Below, in pieces: positions 25,258 through 37,400 of a DNA stretch of 64,000 nucleotides; positions within the stretch are counted from its first letter, which is position 1, and each line of letters starts with the position of its first letter. The position numbers were made by a program, and so were the translations under genes. The notes under the pieces are model-generated. The model did no database searches. It was not told where the DNA came from and was given only the letters and a program-made list of their open reading frames with translations. Origin of the DNA: Neoechinorhynchus agilis. Its lineage: Eukaryota; Animalia; Acanthocephala. Location of the stretch: NCBI GenBank assembly GCA_051530055.1, contig CM121342.1, forward strand, positions 12,601,480-12,665,479, in the 5' to 3' direction.

Positions 25258-25781
25258 GCGATCGAAATAATAACATGTCTAACCACCCGAATGCAATGCT
25301 CAATAGAATTTTTTATTCAACGAAAAGAGTTCATTTTTTATTTGAGATTTTTATCAAACGAAAAATGGGTGTTTTTAATTTCTTAATGCTCCAAATTTTC
25401 GACGCCTCGCGTCTTCGTCAGGGAGCTTCGCTTCGGTGATCTGAAAAGGATCAGAGGAGGGCAACGCTGTCCGTCAGCTCATCACTCTTATTGAGTATGC
25501 CCCCAGAGTTCAAAAAACATCCACGATGCCGCTCTGGATCAGTCAAAGCTGCCGTCCTTTTTGCAATGGTCGAAAAGAAGGATACAGCGTTTCCTACCGT
25601 TGGAGAGCCAGACTTATATTTTGCATGTGGAATGCCCCGGCCCTCGGATCGCCAGTGATTCACCTCAGTCTTATGCGAAGTTCGTGTTTACCGAGTTACA
25701 TCGGCCAAAATCGGAGTGAGCGAGATAATATTGGACTTTCTAAATTTCGCCAAACGGTTTCCACTTAGAACTTATTTCAGA

Positions 25782-26775
25782 ATGTCCTTTTTCACTGTGA
25801 ACCCAACATCAACGACTTCATCAGGTGAGCTTCACTTTGCACTTATCCGTATTTCATTTTGACAAAAAGAATTTGTGTTTCCAGGATTTACACTGAGTGG
25901 CGCAAATCCCAGTCAATCGACGTCCTCATTAGGAGAATTTTCTTTTGGAGGTCTCGGTAAATCCTTAACTACGTCTACTGCTGGGATTTCGTTCCTCAGC
26001 ACAACACAATCTTCAACGTCCACCACTGCGGCACCTGTAACATCGACACAGCAATCGACGGCTTTAAACATGGCAGGTATATTTTTGTAAATTTCAATTC
26101 TTTGTAACTTCTTTTGTAAAACCAGAATTTTCGTTTGGTTCAATCGGTTTAAGTACTAGTACGCCCGCTGTATCCGGTCAACCTGCCACACCCTTTTCAT
26201 CGACAACAGCAACTGTTCCAAATACAAACTTTAATCTTGGTGGCGATGATCACGGACATGGATCATCGGCCAAATCGCCTGTGGAGGCGGAACTCAATGA
26301 AAACATTACTAAGGCGGTTACTGAGTTTCAAAAGCGCCTTAGTGAAATGCGGACGCTTCGCGACGAATGTCAAAAGGAAATCCGCAAGGGAGGAGAGACT
26401 ATATTGACTCTTCCTCGATTACTTCATGAAACGCGTGAGTTGATGTGTGGTGTCGAAAACAACTTGGCTCCGTTGATGGTCAATTCGGAACGCGTACGTT
26501 TGGTCTTAAAATCTCTTAAAGCGAATTGTGTTACGATTCTTGGAGAATCAGGAGAAATGATCCCTACTCAGGCTACAGAAAGACTGTTCCGCAGTCAAGT
26601 TATTGAGATACGAGAAAAGATTGAGGACTGCGAGAAGCGTTTACAGCGGCTCGAAACTACAATATGTGATAGAACCAATCTTGTGTCAACAAAGGACAAG
26701 ATTAAGCAATTGTATAAGAGATTGATTTGCGCTGCAGCTGATGTTCAATCACTAACTAAAGATCAAAGCAGTTGA
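25782..26775 (+). CDS. NUP58: Nucleoporin Nup58/p45-like, 3 exons
   Basis: Exons 25782..25824, 25885..26076 and 26126..26775 join through phase-1 GT-AG introns. The N-terminus is Ser/Thr-rich with FSFGG, FSFG and FNLGG; the C-terminal coiled coil LFRSQVIEIREKIEDCEKRLQRLE...QLYKRLICAAADVQSL resembles Nup58. Confidence 0.6.
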
Positions 26776-27044
26776 TTGGTGGGAAATGGAGAAATGAAAA
26801 ATAGTAATAAAAAGGATGTGTCGTTGCGGTTTTGGTTATAATTCTAAAAACCTCACGTATCAACATGTGGAGTTTAAAAGTACACACGGAAAAACAGTTC
26901 ATGGGGAATAAAATTCGAGACAAAATCCAACTGATTTCGACTTCTTAAATCAGGAAAATTTTGAATATTTCTTCGAACACAGCTGAGTAATATAAGGTAA
27001 TTTCATCATCTCCACAGTCTTAGTCACATTTCAAAACGATCTGC

Positions 27045-27242
<198 letters not shown>

Positions 27243-28961
27243 TGAATCCGTCCACAAAATCGTTGTCAGAAGAACAACTGCAAAAGAGCGCATAATGAAG
27301 AAAATTCTCTACTGTAATCAGAAACTTGATCTTTTGCAAAGTGGGAATCCGAGAGGCGTAATAAAGGCCGATTATTCAATCATGTGGTTTTGACAATCTT
27401 GCTGGAAAGAAACTAGCTCTGGCGTTAAGCTTTTCTGAAATGCCTATGAAAATTTATGCTCGTTGCTTCTACTCACATCGTATTTCGATGTTTGTGTCAT
27501 TAACAGGAGAGATCAGCAGCAAGTTTATTTGTTGCTAACTAGTTTTGAGTGTCCATTTGCACGTAGAAAGAGCAAATTCAAGAGATGAGTTCTATGAAAA
27601 TTCTTATAGACAGCTTTGTTGATTAAGATTTGGTTTTCAATTGTCGATATGTCGAAGCATCTGAAAACTTTAATTGCTTTCTCAACAACAACCCAATTAA
27701 TTCATTCACTGGAACATAAAAATATATTTTCTCCTCTATTCCTCAAACGGAGGTGTATAAACGATAATAGAGTCTGGAATATTAAATATGGGAACGAATC
27801 GTCGACTCGAAAACCCACAATAATCCCCTCTGGCGTCTTTCATCGAGCGGCAATACTCCTTAATCCTTTGACGATATCTCTGCTTCCTGCGGACGCTAAC
27901 TTTACATCGATGATCACGGGGAATGCACAGAACCGGCATCGGTTGGTAGTATTCTAAACGACAATCGACCTGTTCGGAGTTTTGGTATAAGCCACACGAA
28001 CAATGCATTTTTTATAAAGTACAGGCCGGCATTTAAAGATCGCAACGTTTCCATGGCAACCGTGTTAAAAAATTATAGAAGACCCCGTCAAGCAGATCGT
28101 AACTCAGTGACGGCCTTGCATATTTTGTGGTAACTTTTCGTTATAAAAATTACCGTTTTATTGCTCAAAGTATAAGTTGAAGTGGATCATGGGTCCGGTC
28201 GAGTGGGAAAGTTGGTGGTTATTGGTGTAATAACAACATGTTTTATTATCGGGCTTTGCTCTTCTTCCTATTCATTCACATGCTTCGTCGACCTTTTGTT
28301 CAACCGTAGCTTTCTTAGCAGTTACTGGGGATAAATCGCTTTCGCTTTTCCTATCGTTATCGTTTATCTTAGTCACAATATCATACTCCACAGTAATTTT
28401 AGACCCTATGAGTTTGACGTGCTGCTCCTTTGCGGCTGCTTTGCGGCTGCTTCATTAGCCGATTTTTGCAAAACGCTAGACGGTTTCTTAGAATCCCTTT
28501 GGAACCTTTGCTTGCTTTTTTGAGCCGTTAGTTTTCCCTTTGCACTTTTTGACTCCGATCTACTGTTCACTTTTACATTTCGTACTGAATAGCCTCCGCT
28601 AATAAACCCCTAACTGTGCTCGTCGCTTCAATTAATGAACCCTTTAGAGTTTCAGTAACTCGTTCAACGCATTTCTTTAGTGCAACACCAATAAGAGTAT
28701 TCACTGCTCATTGATTTGTTTGTAAACTTTTACGACGGTTGTTTAAACCGACGACACCGATGCCAGCGCCACCGACGACACTGATGACGTCCCTCGCTTC
28801 GCTCGGGGACGGCACGTTCCTCGCTTCGCTTGGAATCTGGATGCTAGACAACTACATGAAGACAGAAACTTGCCCGCCAAAAAAAACGAGCCAAGTGAGA
28901 AGAACAACGTCAATGTGATTGTTTTAACTTCATCAGCCAAGGGTGCCACACGGCCGAGCTT

Positions 28962-29390
28962 AACAACACGTTTTATTTATTTATTTTGTTTAAGAAGAGG
29001 ACTCATGTATCGCTGAATCCTCGTGATCATTTTAGAGTGGATGACGGATCCGGTTTGGATGACTGATCCGGGGTGGATGACTGATCCGGAATGGATGTTG
29101 GATCCGAAGTGGATGACGGATCCGGTTTGGATGACTGAACCGGGGTGGACTACTGATCCGGAATGGATGTTGGATCCGAACTGGATGACGGATCCAGAGT
29201 GGATGTTGGATCCAGGGTGGATTACGGATCCGGTTTGGATGACTGATCCGGGGTGGATGACTAATCCGGAATAGATGTTGGATCCGAAGTGGGTGACGAA
29301 TCCGGTGTGGATGACGGTCGACGACGATAACGGTCGACGACGATGACGGTCGACGACGATGACGGTCGACGACGATGACGGTCGACAGGA
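28962..29390 (-). repeat. Dispersed repeat copy with expanded VNTR: 15 x 18-bp units (29039-29308) and ~5 x 16-bp units (29310-29386), same 3' tail as 9530-9667
   Basis: The 18-mers are ggatgac(g/t)gatccggNNN variants and the 16-mers are gatgacggtcgacgac. The tail aacaacacgttttatttatttattttgtttaagaagagga is the reverse complement of the 9640-9667 tail. Confidence 0.9.
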
Positions 29391-29399
29391 TTCTGTTAG

Positions 29400-31403
29400 G
29401 TTTGTGATGGAATTTTCTCCCTGACGAAAACAGGAGTTCTTAGGGTCCATGGACCCCGTAATTCACGCTGCGGCGGTTCCGTTTCACCCTATTAGTCCTT
29501 TGGTGGTGTGCGCCAAAATCCTATCACGATGTTCGAGTTCTGCCCAGGAACGTTCTGAAAAGAATCCCAAGGGGCGCGCGATATCAGGCTGCAAAGAGAT
29601 TCAATTCTTTATTGACAGACTGAACCGAGACTAACTCAGAGTTGTCGTGGATGCGTCCCTTTGCGTTCCCTTGACTAGTGATTTCCGCTGGTGATGTTTC
29701 TGAGGGATCTCTGACCACAAAAATAAAAGAGCGAATAAGTTCTTTTGGCAATAATTTTACTCAATGCCTTTCGACAACATGCAAGCTACGTAAAGAGCGT
29801 GTCCAGCAGTCTGACCACCGCCGAAACTCAAATCGGTCGCCTGCTGGACGCGTTTCTTCGAAGCTCGCAAACGGATATGTCAGAGGAACATCATCAATGG
29901 ACAATCTCGCCAAAGATAACGAAGAAACGTTACGAACTTTTCGTTCCAGACATCCAAGTGACAGCGGTTGGCAGTTTTTCGTTAAATCCTCTTTTTTCGA
30001 TACGATTCTCTATGTTTTATTATCGAAATCACAATTGAAGATGGTAATCTCTTCTTTTGCTAACGGATCAGCTCAGTTGCTTAACGGGCTCCGGCCCAAA
30101 CACCTAAAGGATATTACTTCCTTTTCAGAAGGTGCCGCTGCCCAGTCCCTTGAAGATGCATTGGCACGCCTAGTCGACCAATTTGCATGGGAAAGTTCAT
30201 TCCGAAAGCAATTGAGTTATTTTTCGGCACACCTTTGTGTGCCCTCGCAAAACAGGAGGTGGGATTCGTCATATTGCAATCTTAACAACTTTGCGCCGCT
30301 TAACAGCAAAAATTTTAAATAAAAGAATCGCGGAAAAAGTAGGGATACTGCTTCGCCCTACCCAGTTAGGCTGCTGTACACCTAACGGCGCAGAGGCGAT
30401 TGTTCATTCACTCCGCACGTTCATCACCGGAAACTCAAAGCCGTGCGTGATCTTAAAATGTGATTTCAAAAATGCATTGAACCCAGTTCATCGAGCGGAT
30501 TTGCTCGAAGTACCTAGAAATCACGCACCAGAAGCATTTCGCTGAGACGGTGAAAGCCTTTCTCGAGGAAATTTCAAATACTCAGCTGTCGGACGAGGCC
30601 TCTCGTCAAGCGTCCTTGCCTGTGTCGCCCGGTGGTTTTGGCATCCGATAAAGCAAGCCCCAAAAAAGTTCAATCCTCTCTTGGCGAGAATTGCACTTTG
30701 GGTGAAGATTTCGTGGAGGCTCTTAATCTTTGACGTGTAGATTCATGCAACGAGCAGGTAACGATCGATGGTTGCAAACAATCAGTTTGAGGCTCACGCC
30801 TGGTAGCGAGAATTCATAACTCTTTACCTGGTGAACCGAACTCGATTGGTGGCAGTCTCTACAAGAGAATCGGGTGCTTGGTTCAATACTATCTCAATCG
30901 CTTCTATGGGTACCTTTCTCTCCGACGAGACAGTAAGGATTGCAGTGTCCCTGACACTTGGGGTACCGATGTGCACATCCCATTGCTGTCGTTGCGGAGC
31001 GACCGTGGATCCGCCAGGACGCCATGGTCTCGTCTGTCGGCAATCTGGCAGTAGGTACTCCCGACACGCGGAAGTGAACGCAATTCTTAGTCGTGCCCTG
31101 AATACTGTGAATGCGCCCAACATCCTAGAGCCGAGCAATTTTTGCCCGCTCGATGGCCGTATACCGGACGGTGTCACAGTATTCCCGCGGCGAGAAGGAA
31201 AATGCCTTCTCTGGGAGGCCACGTTCGTGGACACGCTCGCGGCCAGCAACATAAAATTCACCACGATTAAAACCAGCGGAGTAGCAACCGCCGCTGAGGA
31301 ACGCAAAAAGACAAAATACCAGGACCTGGGCCGAAATCATTATTTCGAAAGACAACGTAAACTCGTTTATGTGACTAAATGGATAAATTTAAAATTTGAG
31401 TAG
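29400..31403 (+). mobile_element. CRE-clade non-LTR retrotransposon (RT + restriction-like endonuclease), internally deleted and 3'-truncated
   Basis: VLKRIPRGARYQAA, GLRPKHL, GGGIRHIAI, QLGCCTPNGAEAIVH and CDFKNAL are present; RT domains 4-7 are missing after ~30545. The REL region has CCRCGATVDPPGRHGLVC, SRHAEVN, LEP, RIPDG and LLWEATFVDT. Confidence 0.9.
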
Positions 31404-31491
31404 ACAATGTGCCTGAAATACAATCCCGAAGAACCTTTGACGTTACATTGTTTTTTTACAAATTCTCAATCGTGAAATTTTGAGTACGAAT

Positions 31492-34400
31492 TTAATACGG
31501 AATTTGGTTTTGGTAGTATTGGAATACATCATATAAATGAGTCCGGAGAGCTCGCGTGCAATTGTAGATGACTGTGAGAAGAAACGAAGCAGCCTGCTGA
31601 TCGTTAAGATCCGGTCTGAATCTCGCATTCAAGAGTTCGATAGTACGTCCTAGGAAACAAGGAAGGCGCGTCTCAAGCATCATTGCCACCAAATCACAAA
31701 TCTGACGTCTGTACGGTCTAAGTGCCAGATAGCCTCGGACGCACAATTGGCGATATAGATCAAATGACTCAATATCATCACCTCCGTCGCCTCGTCCACC
31801 CATTAACCTGATCATCTCATCAGTGAGTTTAATGTCTGGCTCAATGCCGATATTTCCTCCAGGTGAAGTCTCGAACATGAAACCAAAATCAATATGAATT
31901 ATATGGCCATGATTATTGATCATTATGTTACCGTTGTGGCGGTCTTTTACTTGTAAAATGAAAAGAACAAGACTATATGGTGCCATAGATCGGATAAAGT
32001 TTTGACGAGCCTGTTGGAACTCATCTGACGATACAGGACCGAATGTCTGAATAAAATAGTTAAGAATATTACCGTCTACTAGTCGACCGATTTCATCTCT
32101 GCTTTTGGAGTTCGGCACGCACTCAATCACACCGCTACCTGGTCCAGTAGCGATCACATTGTATGGAAATAGGTAGAGATCAAGTCCTTCCTTCTTGAAT
32201 ATTGACGAGAAAAGTCGAATGATTTGGAGACCGAGCATGTCTTGGCGTACATCGTCGCCCACCTTAAATATAGCAGATTTAGGTACCAATGGGGCTAAAT
32301 ATGGAAACTCCGGATCGTTGATCCATCGGCTCGATCGTCGACGAACTCCCGCTCGTCGGAGTAACAGCGGGGATATTTCGGACTGCTGCTGCTGTAGATT
32401 ACGGTGATTGTATTGTCGCCGGAGCTGGGAGTAAGATAGTGAGTCTGGTCATGAGTGTTTAAAAATTCATAGTGGAGAATACTTAGTCTAATTTGGGAGT
32501 GCGTATCATCTCGCCTTAACTTTCTCATTCGAACCGTGATGATAGTTGAGTAAAGTGACTTAGTTGAGTATCATATTTTGACAAAGGAAAATGTGTCCCA
32601 CAAGAAGCCACCCTGGCCTACCTTTTAAATTTAAATGAGTAGCGCACAGGCGCCGTGGTAAAATGCAATTTAAAAATTTGCCATTGTTTCCCTAAAAACG
32701 AATAACTTCGTCTTCATTGTAGTCTAGCGAAATCACAGTTTTCGACTAAGATTTGTTCTTTGTTTTGGGCATCTCATAAATTAGATCATGGTGATGGACT
32801 TATTTTCCTAAACTCAATCGACGGCATGTATGCATCCACCTTATTTTCTCCATACTTCACAATCAGACCCACTTCGAGGTAAATGTGTGGATCTTTTGCG
32901 AATCGCTCCATGTCCTCATAGGATTCTGCTTCCCTTACGTCGAAGCTGCATCGATACGGAGCTTTTTCGGCACTTTGCATTGGTTTGGCAGATTCGTACT
33001 TGATGGCTATTATGATGGAATCTGGATTACATGGAAGATAACAACATCCGTTTTCAGGTAGATGAACTTTAAATATAGCTTCACTACATCCTCGATTCCG
33101 GTCAATTCCTTTATTGAAAGCACGTAACTTACCGGAAACACCTACGATTTCACTGGTAAATGCGAATTGGCGTTGATAGAACAACAATGAAGTTTGCTCG
33201 AAGACAGCAATTATCCTTTGAATAATCGCGTCCAATCGTGGTTTGAGCTCGAGGTCCGGAGTTGGCTGTGAATCATTTAAGAAACAGTTAGTCATCATGT
33301 TCCAGATGAACTGATGAGCTAATAGGTTGCTTTTTCTGGACAGACTAACAATGAGTAGTTCGGCGTAGCCAAGGCTATCAAATCGGATCGATTGAACGAG
33401 TTGTGGAATATAGGGGAAGATAGAGCTAGGTTTGCACTTTGAGAGCGATCGACAAGCATATTGACTCAGGAATGGATTTAAAGGTGAATTAGTGCTTTGA
33501 GACGGAGCTTGAAAAGTTGAGGTAGCCAGACCAGCATTTCGTAGAGATTGGGAGTTTCGCGAGAAAAATCTTCGATGATCAGCCGAAGTACGACCGTATG
33601 TGAACTGGGTGTCTATTGGCGAAAGCGCGGATCGGCCTCCAGAAATAAACAAATAACCAAGAGCGTCAATTGGGTTACAAGATCGCCACAATGGAAGCAA
33701 CGAGTAAAATCGTTTTTCGGAGCGCCTAAAACGAACTTTGTGCTCGTATGATTGTTTGAACCCCCATTCGCGACTGTCAGTATACCCATCCGCAACAAGC
33801 CAAACTGCATAGGGGCATGTTAGCAGGACGTAGTCGGGCTCTGTTGATATAAGTTCTCTGAGTCTTGTTTTAACTGATTCTCCGCAAACTCGTGAGTATG
33901 TCCATACGGCAAGTAAAGGAGATACGTACCATGCAACGTCCAGAACACGGAGGAAAGTATCCGGGCGACTGTAGAAGTCGTACCAAGTTTCTATTGGCGG
34001 TGATAAACGTTGAGGATCAATGGGATTGATGTGAACACTTATTCGTCTTATTTCTATTGCTAGAAGAGCAAGGAGAAGATCTCGGCGTGTATACTGGCAT
34101 GGCCATGTTTCCGCTTCGAAAGGAAGCGAGAAATTCGACGCGGTTGACGGAATGGATGCCGGGTTTTCAGCTTCTGGCAGATTGTCGTATTCTGATTCAA
34201 CTGGAAATTTGAAGTCGCTAGATGTCAGGGCCGGTTTAACTGAGCAGGTAGAGAGAGTAGGAGATTTGTGAGATCTTGATAATTTCACTCGTCAGTAAGC
34301 TAAAATAATTTTCTAGTTCTAAATCGTCATGAAACAAAATATTATTCGCTTGCGGATAATCTCAATTAAAGGCTATTATAATAATGTAAACGAGGTATAC

Positions 34401-37400
34401 ATTATTCCTGGCTGAACAAGTTAAAATTTATTTTTCCAGTGGCCCAGGAGTTCATGTTCTAGAGCCGTCACAGCCTAAGAAACCTCAACTGAGCAAATAT
34501 TGGGCGACCGAGTCGGCAAAAATGAAGTTAAATTTGTTAGTTTGCGACTTTTGTGAAAAGTAATAGAATCCCGAAAAGCTTCATTATTGTGTTAAAGCTT
34601 GCTATTTGAATTTTTTACACAATTTTGAAATGGTTCGAGAAAAAGGTATTAGCGATTTACAGATCACGTATTAAAAGTTAGCTTTGGACGTTTGGATAAA
34701 AAACGTTAAGTAAAACCGAACAATAGAGAACACTAAACGTTTATAAATCTGCTATTGCAATTTGTATTTGGGCATGAACATAGCTGATCGCGTAAGAAAC
34801 ATAATTGAACACTGCCCACTTATACTTACCATCTAGACATTTCTAAAGAGAATCAGCATAAAGTGCTTAACTCTCCACCTGCTCTTAGGTCGACATTGTG
34901 TCCCTAAAATGTGATTACCTTTCTTCACTAAAAGGTTAGCATAATTTCCTAAAGTCCTGTGATCTTCTAGAACCGCTGAGACTATGGTCTCGTTGGTTTT
35001 CGACGGGCTATAACCCGACGGAGCTGATATATAAACCCAATCAGACTTTCTGTTTCGCACTTGAGAACATTCCCATCCCAAAGTTGTCTGTTTCATTACC
35101 TGATCGAAAAAGGCGCACATTGTGTTCAGATCTCTCGTTAGAAGTCTCGGCGTCCTGGTAGGTACTCGTGGACAATTGGAAAAGTACCGCAAAGCATTTA
35201 AAAGTATTCGTTCTTCAAGTGCATCTGAGTGATGCTGAACATTAAGTTTGATAGCCATGAGTAGAAGTTGAAAGAAAGGGCCAGAGTGAAGCACCGTCGC
35301 GGCTACACAGGGAACTTGTTCTGATTTGGCAGGTAAAGAAGTCACTATTAATGCGTCGAACAATCTAAGGATAGATGAATTTGAAGCTAACGCAATATCT
35401 AGCTGTTCATCAAGGAATTCAAGCCAAAGTCTATGCGGCTCAACATCTACGACATCGCAAGATTTTCCACCGTCAAAACTCTGTGAATCGTCGAAATCTG
35501 AGACCGGACGTTCATTGTCACATATTGGCTGCTCAAATGGGGCAAATATTATGGATCGATCGTATCCACCTGCCCGATCTCCACTTGAAAATATTCCCAT
35601 TCGCGCCTGTACAGTAAATATCCAGGCTCTCAAAACGCGTTCAATCAAGAGAATTCCTAAATCTGCCCTTGCACTCAACAACCAACACCAGCACTCAATT
35701 CCGGCTGATATCGATTCCACTGTGAGTATACGAGAAGGGACATAAGCGACCATGTCTACTAAAGTCGTTTGGTGTTCGAAATCTACACCTTCGTGGTACA
35801 CAAGTAATGCACTAATTTTGTAAAGGAGTTCATCGACCGGCAACAGAGTTTGCTTCTCATCCACTGGCTCATTGTAAATCTCGTCAAAGTCATTTAATCC
35901 ACCTTCTTCGTAAATGTATCGATGAATTTGCGATCGAAGATCATTTAGGACAATATTGATCGAAATATGTCGAATACCGTAAATGTAACCGACGCAATAT
36001 GATTTAGATAAGAGCGTCGAGTGAAATTGACAGCTCGATAAATCAGCAACACTTCTTGGGATTGTTGAACAAAGAACTCGATAACGGGGAAGGTCGGTCA
36101 ATGTTTATCCAATGGCAAGTTCCCACCAGCTACTGCTAACATTAGAGAATGACGGATTTAAAATTTAAGGAAATTTCTAATAACCTGATTTTACAGTAAG
36201 TTCACAACATAAATTAGCATAAGCCAGATACAAATTTCTTTCTATAGTTATACCTCACAGAGAATAATGAAAAATCCAGGTATCTAAGTATATAATACTT
36301 TCAACTGCAACTTGAGCGGCTTCAGTTCTTAGACAAATCGCAATGGCACGCACAACGCACTAATATTTTTCACCCTTTCCTCAAAAAACGTTATTATCCA
36401 ATCTCAAGGATTGTCACCTTACTGTATTGATGCCGGCCCCGAGTCTCAAATAATCCATTGAGCAAGTAGACGGTAAATGGGAAGTATTTGTTGCGTTCGC
36501 CCGGTCGAATTTTGTGACCACGTCAATGGTAAGGGCAACAGCTTCATCGTGTCCTACAATAGATTGCTTTTTGGATGTAGGCGTAGCAAGATTTATATCG
36601 GTCAAAAAGAAAAAATGCTGAATGTGGGATCTCGTAGTTAGCGGCAAAATAGGAAGAGCGTGTTTTGTGAGCATGCGAGTCCAAAGATCAACAAAAAACC
36701 CAAGGCGTTCACGTTTGTCTTGAAACTTCTCGTAAGCAGGAATCCTGATATTGGTTTTCTTATTAGCAGCCATTAAGAATTTCCTCATTTTAACGCCCAC
36801 AAAAGTGTCACCAGTGTCCGTTCCAAGAGAAGCGGTAAGTGCCTGGATTAGGTTCATCATTGAACAAACAAACCGATACGTCCATATGCGCACCAAAAGA
36901 TGCTGATGGGACAGAAGCTGATCAAGCATTTGTCGGGATAACTTCGACACTTGTGAAGACTGTACGCACGACTTTTGAAGAAGAAATTGAACGGTGAACA
37001 TGAGTCTACAATTGTCCTCACGTTTAGTAAATGAGGAAAGCATGATTGCAAAACAATGCCATGCCACTTGTTCAATACATACGAACATGTTTGTTTTGTC
37101 CGTTTGGATATACGGTTCCTCGAGGTATTTGAAAATCTTTTCTATTGAATATTGGAACCTATTAGATGGAGTGATATCGGTTTGACTGTCGTCAACTTCT
37201 ACCGATGGTGGCCCTTGCCTCTTGTCTTCTACTGTGAGCACTTTCATCGATCTCGAATACTTCACAAGGGGGGGGAATTGGTGTTACAAGTAAAAATAGA
37301 ACAACGTAAACTTCTTAACAATTACCACCATCTAACAGAATTCACTAAGATACACGACTTATAAGTAAATTGGAAAAATGCTTTAACATTGCTCACAACG

